Assembly (NCBI GenBank): GCA_003134555.1
Contig: PLBO01000154.1
Location: forward strand, 102,357-166,356
DNA: 64,000 nt
Origin: Actinomycetota bacterium
Lineage (GTDB): Bacteria; Actinomycetota; Acidimicrobiia; IMCC26256; PALSA-610
Direction of reading: 5' to 3'
The translations under genes were made by a program, and so were the position numbers. The notes under the pieces were generated by a model, which was given only the letters and a program-made list of their open reading frames with translations, did not search any database and had not been told where the DNA came from. Position 1 is the stretch's first letter, and the number at the start of each line of letters is the position of its first letter. This document shows, in pieces, positions 63,261 through 64,000 of the stretch.

Positions 63261-64000
63261 CTACGGGATGCGTTGCATCCACACGAGCGCGGCGCCCGCG
63301 GTGAGCACGGCGAGAAGGAGCGCGAGACCGATGAACCATTCGGTGACGTCGGTGCGGACGGTGTCGAAGCCGACCGTGCGACGGATCTGGTCGTAGACGG
63401 CGTTGAGCTGGTTTCCGGTCGTGGCGGTGAACGACTTGCCGCCGCTTCCCGACGCGATCTTCGCCATTGCCTGTGGGTCGGCCGGAACCGGAACGCTCTC
63501 CCCCTGAATCGTGACCGTGCCCCCCGATGTGCCGAAGGCGATCGTGTCGATCGGCACCCCGGCCTTCTTCGCGGCCGCGGTGGCTGCCGCTACGGTTTCC
63601 TCGGGTGTCTGCCCTGCCTGCCCGATCGTCGGCGACCCGTCGCTCATCAGCACCACGGCCGCGGGGGCCTTCTTGCCGTCGGCGCCGGCCGGCAGCGACG
63701 TGGCGGCCGCGAGCGCGCTGTCGATCGCACTGCCGGTCGCCGTCCCACCGCCGATCGACAACGCGTCGACGGCAGCAATCACGGGCGTGTGATCGCTCGT
63801 GGGGGCGACGAGCACGCGGGCGGTGGTGTCGAACTGCAACAGCCCCACCTTCAGGCCCGCCGGCAGACCGGTGATGAAACGGCGCGCCGCGGTCTGCGCC
63901 GCGACGAGCCGGCTGGGGGTGACGTCGGTCGCCGCCATCGAACCCGACGTGTCGATCGCAAGCAGGACCGTGCCGCGCTGGCGCGCCACTTTCTTGGTGG
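63261..64000 (-). CDS. VWA-domain membrane protein (BatA-like); 5' end beyond the window
   Basis: MIDAS motif LLAIDTSGSM and a C-terminal TM helix WFIGLALLLAVLTAGAALVW. The reading frame stays open past 63989 to the window edge. Confidence 0.75.
   Translation of the reverse strand, partial: TKKVARQRGTVLLAIDTSGSMAATDVTPSRLVAAQTAARRFITGLPAGLKVGLLQFDTTARVLVAPTSDHTPVIAAVDALSIGGGTATGSAIDSALAAATSLPAGADGKKAPAAVVLMSDGSPTIGQAGQTPEETVAAATAAAKKAGVPIDTIAFGTSGGTVTIQGESVPVPADPQAMAKIASGSGGKSFTATTGNQLNAVYDQIRRTVGFDTVRTDVTEWFIGLALLLAVLTAGAALVWMQRIP

Overview
High-G+C actinobacterial chromosomal segment, annotated by eye from the ORF track and the raw sequence; no database or HMM searches were possible. Many long ORFs in the track are antisense shadows and were discarded. 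From 1-16 kb the genes are mostly on the + strand: a GDPD fragment, tatA-tatC-helY, a long ThyX-like gene, DUF4193, lnt, GNAT and pepF. From 27-45 kb they are mostly on the - strand: gcvT, then the conserved actinobacterial gcvH-garA-MerR-DUF151-MerR block with hpt. Further along are a ManC/PMM fusion, a CDP-alcohol phosphatidyltransferase, ggt, and a MoxR/VWA/XdhC maturation cluster. From 45-64 kb the orientation is mixed: amidohydrolase, OafA-like acyltransferase, ApbE, a PilZ/FliN-like trio, a PLC-type phosphoesterase, an ECF sigma locus and a VWA protein. The main finding lies at 18084-26910. It is an ~8.8 kb block with no integrase that looks like a filamentous (inovirus-like) prophage. 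It carries a Zot/pI-type ATPase, a pVIII-like coat candidate flanked by tiny TM peptides and large secreted C-terminally anchored proteins, and a RepSA-type rolling-circle initiator. A reverse-strand trio of unknown small genes and palindrome-rich non-coding DNA complete it. The block is bounded on the right by a 28-bp dif-like site (26883-26910) and on the left by a degenerate copy that keeps only the XerC-arm half (18084-18111). That pattern fits XerCD-mediated (IMEX-type) integration. The coding-strand bias also flips at this position, which suggests the window spans the replication terminus. Secondary observations are listed under findings. They include a ~24-33 nt repeat carrying a -10-like hexamer plus a palindrome at 16.67 and 27.46 kb, and a conserved-looking ORF with no canonical start codon. 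Also listed are a collagen-like GXY repeat protein beside an ECF sigma factor, an isolated PilZ/FliN-like cluster, and several candidate operators.
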